Of a stretch of 32,000 nucleotides of DNA, positions 27,001-32,000 are shown piece after piece. The notes under the pieces are model-generated. The model had not been told where the DNA came from. It did no database searches and saw only the letters and a program-made list of their open reading frames with translations. A program made the position numbers and the translations under genes. The DNA is from Rhodospirillaceae bacterium (GTDB lineage Bacteria > Pseudomonadota > Alphaproteobacteria > Rhodospirillales > Rhodospirillaceae): contig CANJRD010000013.1 of NCBI GenBank assembly GCA_947476695.1, positions 69,605 through 101,604 of the forward strand, read 5' to 3'. Position 1 is the stretch's first letter; every line of letters begins with the position of its first letter.

Positions 27001-28188
27001 GAAAAAGCCATTCTGGAACGCTCGTTCAACGAGCGCTTCAAGGGCCTCGTCATGGGCAAAAAGACCGTTGCCGGTCCGAAGGGATTCAAGGCCGGCGGCA
27101 AGGTGACGGACGAACTGCTCGCCGAGGTCCCGCCAGGCCAGTGGAAGCAGATCGCGGTCGAACACGACAAGGCGATGAAAGAAATCGAGGACATGAAGAA
27201 GTCCCTCGAGACCAGCCTTGGCCTGATCGACAAGCGCTTCGAAGACAAGGTTGAGAAGCTGCAGCGCGGCGATGAACTGCCGCCGGGCGTTCTGAAGATG
27301 GTCAAAGTGTTTGTCGCGGTGAAGCGCAAGCTGCAGCCGGGCGACAAGATGGCCGGCCGTCACGGCAACAAGGGTGTCATTTCCAAGATCCTGCCGATCG
27401 AGGACATGCCCTATCTCGCCGACGGCACGCACGTCGACATCGTGCTGAACCCGCTCGGCGTGCCGAGCCGCATGAACGTCGGTCAGATTCTCGAGACGCA
27501 CCTGGGCTGGGCTTGTAACAACCTGGGCCGTCAGGTCGGTCAGATGCTCGATGCGCATCGTGCCGGCCGTTCGGAACGCGATCTCCGCAGCCTGATGAAG
27601 AAGATCTACGGCGAAAAGACCTACGCGAACGAGTTCCAGTCGCTCGAAGACGATCAGCTGCACGAACTCGCCGACAACCTGCGCAACGGTATCCCGATCG
27701 CCACGCCGGTGTTCGACGGTGCGCACGAAGTCGACATCGTCGAGATGCTGACGATGGCGGGCCTCGGTTCGTCCGGTCAGGTGACGCTGTATGACGGCAC
27801 CACCGGTGAGTCGTTCGATCGTCAGGTGACCGTCGGCTACATCTACATGCTGAAGCTCCACCACCTGGTCGACGACAAGATCCACGCGCGTTCGATCGGT
27901 CCGTACAGCCTCGTCACCCAGCAGCCGCTGGGCGGTAAGGCGCAGTTCGGCGGACAGCGCTTCGGTGAAATGGAAGTCTGGGCGCTCGAAGCTTACGGCG
28001 CGGCCTACACACTGCAGGAAATGCTGACGGTGAAGTCCGACGACGTGTCGGGCCGCACCAAGGTCTACGAGGCGATCGTCCGTGGCGACGACACCTTCGA
28101 GGCCGGCATCCCCGAATCCTTCAACGTGCTTGTGAAGGAAATGCGGTCGCTGGGTCTCGACGTGGAATTGAGCCACGCGGCCGAGTAG
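24010..28188 (+). CDS. rpoB: DNA-directed RNA polymerase subunit beta
   Basis: Start ATG 24010 ([40 protein letters not shown]); the track ORF begins 13 codons earlier. 1392 aa with canonical beta-subunit motifs throughout (e.g. [30 protein letters not shown]). Confidence 0.98.
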   Translation: MAKSLTGRKRVRKDFGRIPVVAPMPNLIEVQKSSYDKFLQANSPLDVRQRSGLWDVFKSVFPIKDFAGKGELEFVAYELEAPKYDVEECQQRGMTFSAPLKVTLRLVVWDIDEDTGARSVRDIKEQDVYMGDMPLMTDHGTFIINGTERVIVSQMHRSPGVFFDHDKGKTHSSGKYLFAARVIPYRGSWLDFEFDAKDLVYVRIDRRRKLPVTTLLYALDGKDTEALRGKRAKQSKSVDPQEVQGMSAEEILNYFYETQTFTREKKGWRTDFMPNKLRNVKLLFDLVDAKTGKVRLEAGEKLSPRIAAKLEKDGLKELRINPEELIGRFIAEDVVNTKTGEIYIEAGDEITADTLQAFEDNNVDSFHTLFIDGVNVGPYIRNTLSLDKNTNRDEALVDIYRVMRPGEPPTLETAEALFQGLFFDSERYDLSAVGRVKMNARLNLTNDEVPDTIRHLRKDDILRIIKVLTELKDGRGEIDDIDHLGNRRVRSVGELMENQYRVGLLRMERAIRERMSSVDIDTVMPHDLINAKPAAAAVREFFGSSQLSQFMDQTNPLSEITHKRRLSALGPGGLTRERAGFEVRDVHPTHYGRICPIETPEGPNIGLINSLATYARVNQYGFIESPYRKVIDNRVTNEVVYLSAMEEGRYNIAQANEVVDAKNHLVHDLINVRRSGDNHLVPPTEVQYMDVSPKQLVSVAAALIPFLENDDANRALMGSNMQRQAVPLLRAEAPLVGTGVEEAVARDSGAATVARRTGIVQQVDATRIVVRATEDASATAPGVDIYRLLKFQRSNQNTCITQKPLVKVGDEVARGDIIADGPSTEFGELALGRNVLVAFMPWNGYNFEDSILISERIVRDDVFTSIHIEEFEVMARDTKLGQEEITRDIPNVGEEALKNLDEAGIVYVGAEVKAGDILVGKVTPKGESPVTPEEKLLRAIFGEKASDVRDTSLRVPPGAQGTIVEVRVFNRRGVDKDERALAIERMEIERLAKDRDDEKAILERSFNERFKGLVMGKKTVAGPKGFKAGGKVTDELLAEVPPGQWKQIAVEHDKAMKEIEDMKKSLETSLGLIDKRFEDKVEKLQRGDELPPGVLKMVKVFVAVKRKLQPGDKMAGRHGNKGVISKILPIEDMPYLADGTHVDIVLNPLGVPSRMNVGQILETHLGWACNNLGRQVGQMLDAHRAGRSERDLRSLMKKIYGEKTYANEFQSLEDDQLHELADNLRNGIPIATPVFDGAHEVDIVEMLTMAGLGSSGQVTLYDGTTGESFDRQVTVGYIYMLKLHHLVDDKIHARSIGPYSLVTQQPLGGKAQFGGQRFGEMEVWALEAYGAAYTLQEMLTVKSDDVSGRTKVYEAIVRGDDTFEAGIPESFNVLVKEMRSLGLDVELSHAAE

Positions 28189-28205
28189 TCCGCGACTGCC
28201 TTTGA

Positions 28206-32000
<3,795 letters not shown>

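Overview
High-GC (about 60-65% by eye) chromosome segment of alphaproteobacterial type, in three parts. (1) 1-8.9 kb holds ordinary accessory genes: an MFS-like gene fragment at the left edge, a TPR/GT9-like fusion translationally coupled to a GT4-type glycosyltransferase, a minus-strand run of SAM methyltransferase, FGE/SUMF1-like secreted protein, an 81-aa ORF and a GIY-YIG protein, then an FAD oxidoreductase and an orphan family-5 ABC solute-binding protein. (2) 8,987-16,467 is a decayed, integrase-less island of about 7.5 kb inserted at the 3' end of tRNA-Thr(UGU). It is bounded by an exact 13-bp direct repeat of the tRNA terminus. It carries a visibly lower-GC OLD-family-like ABC-ATPase/Toprim gene (apparently 3'-truncated), a phased ~31-bp CCTAGGAA repeat array, an FkbM methyltransferase plus 2OG-oxygenase-like pair, an AlpA-like HTH module, a truncated RepA/AAA_25-like gene, three fragments of a terminase-nuclease-like (RNase H fold) gene, and a truncated UPF0489-like gene. 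This is the only place where an undescribed defence or modification system could plausibly sit, but much of it is broken. (3) 16.5-32 kb is the conserved core: rlmB-like methyltransferase, tRNA-Tyr, DUF3297, tRNA-Gly, tuf, tRNA-Trp, secE, nusG, rplK, rplA, rplJ, rplL, rpoB and partial rpoC. The ORF track misses two edge-truncated genes (minus-strand CDS 1-206 and rpoC from 28266) and contains many long antisense ORFs that are GC-driven artefacts. I saw no rRNA, CRISPR array, intact integrase or transposase. All family assignments rest on motif recognition by eye, with no database search.
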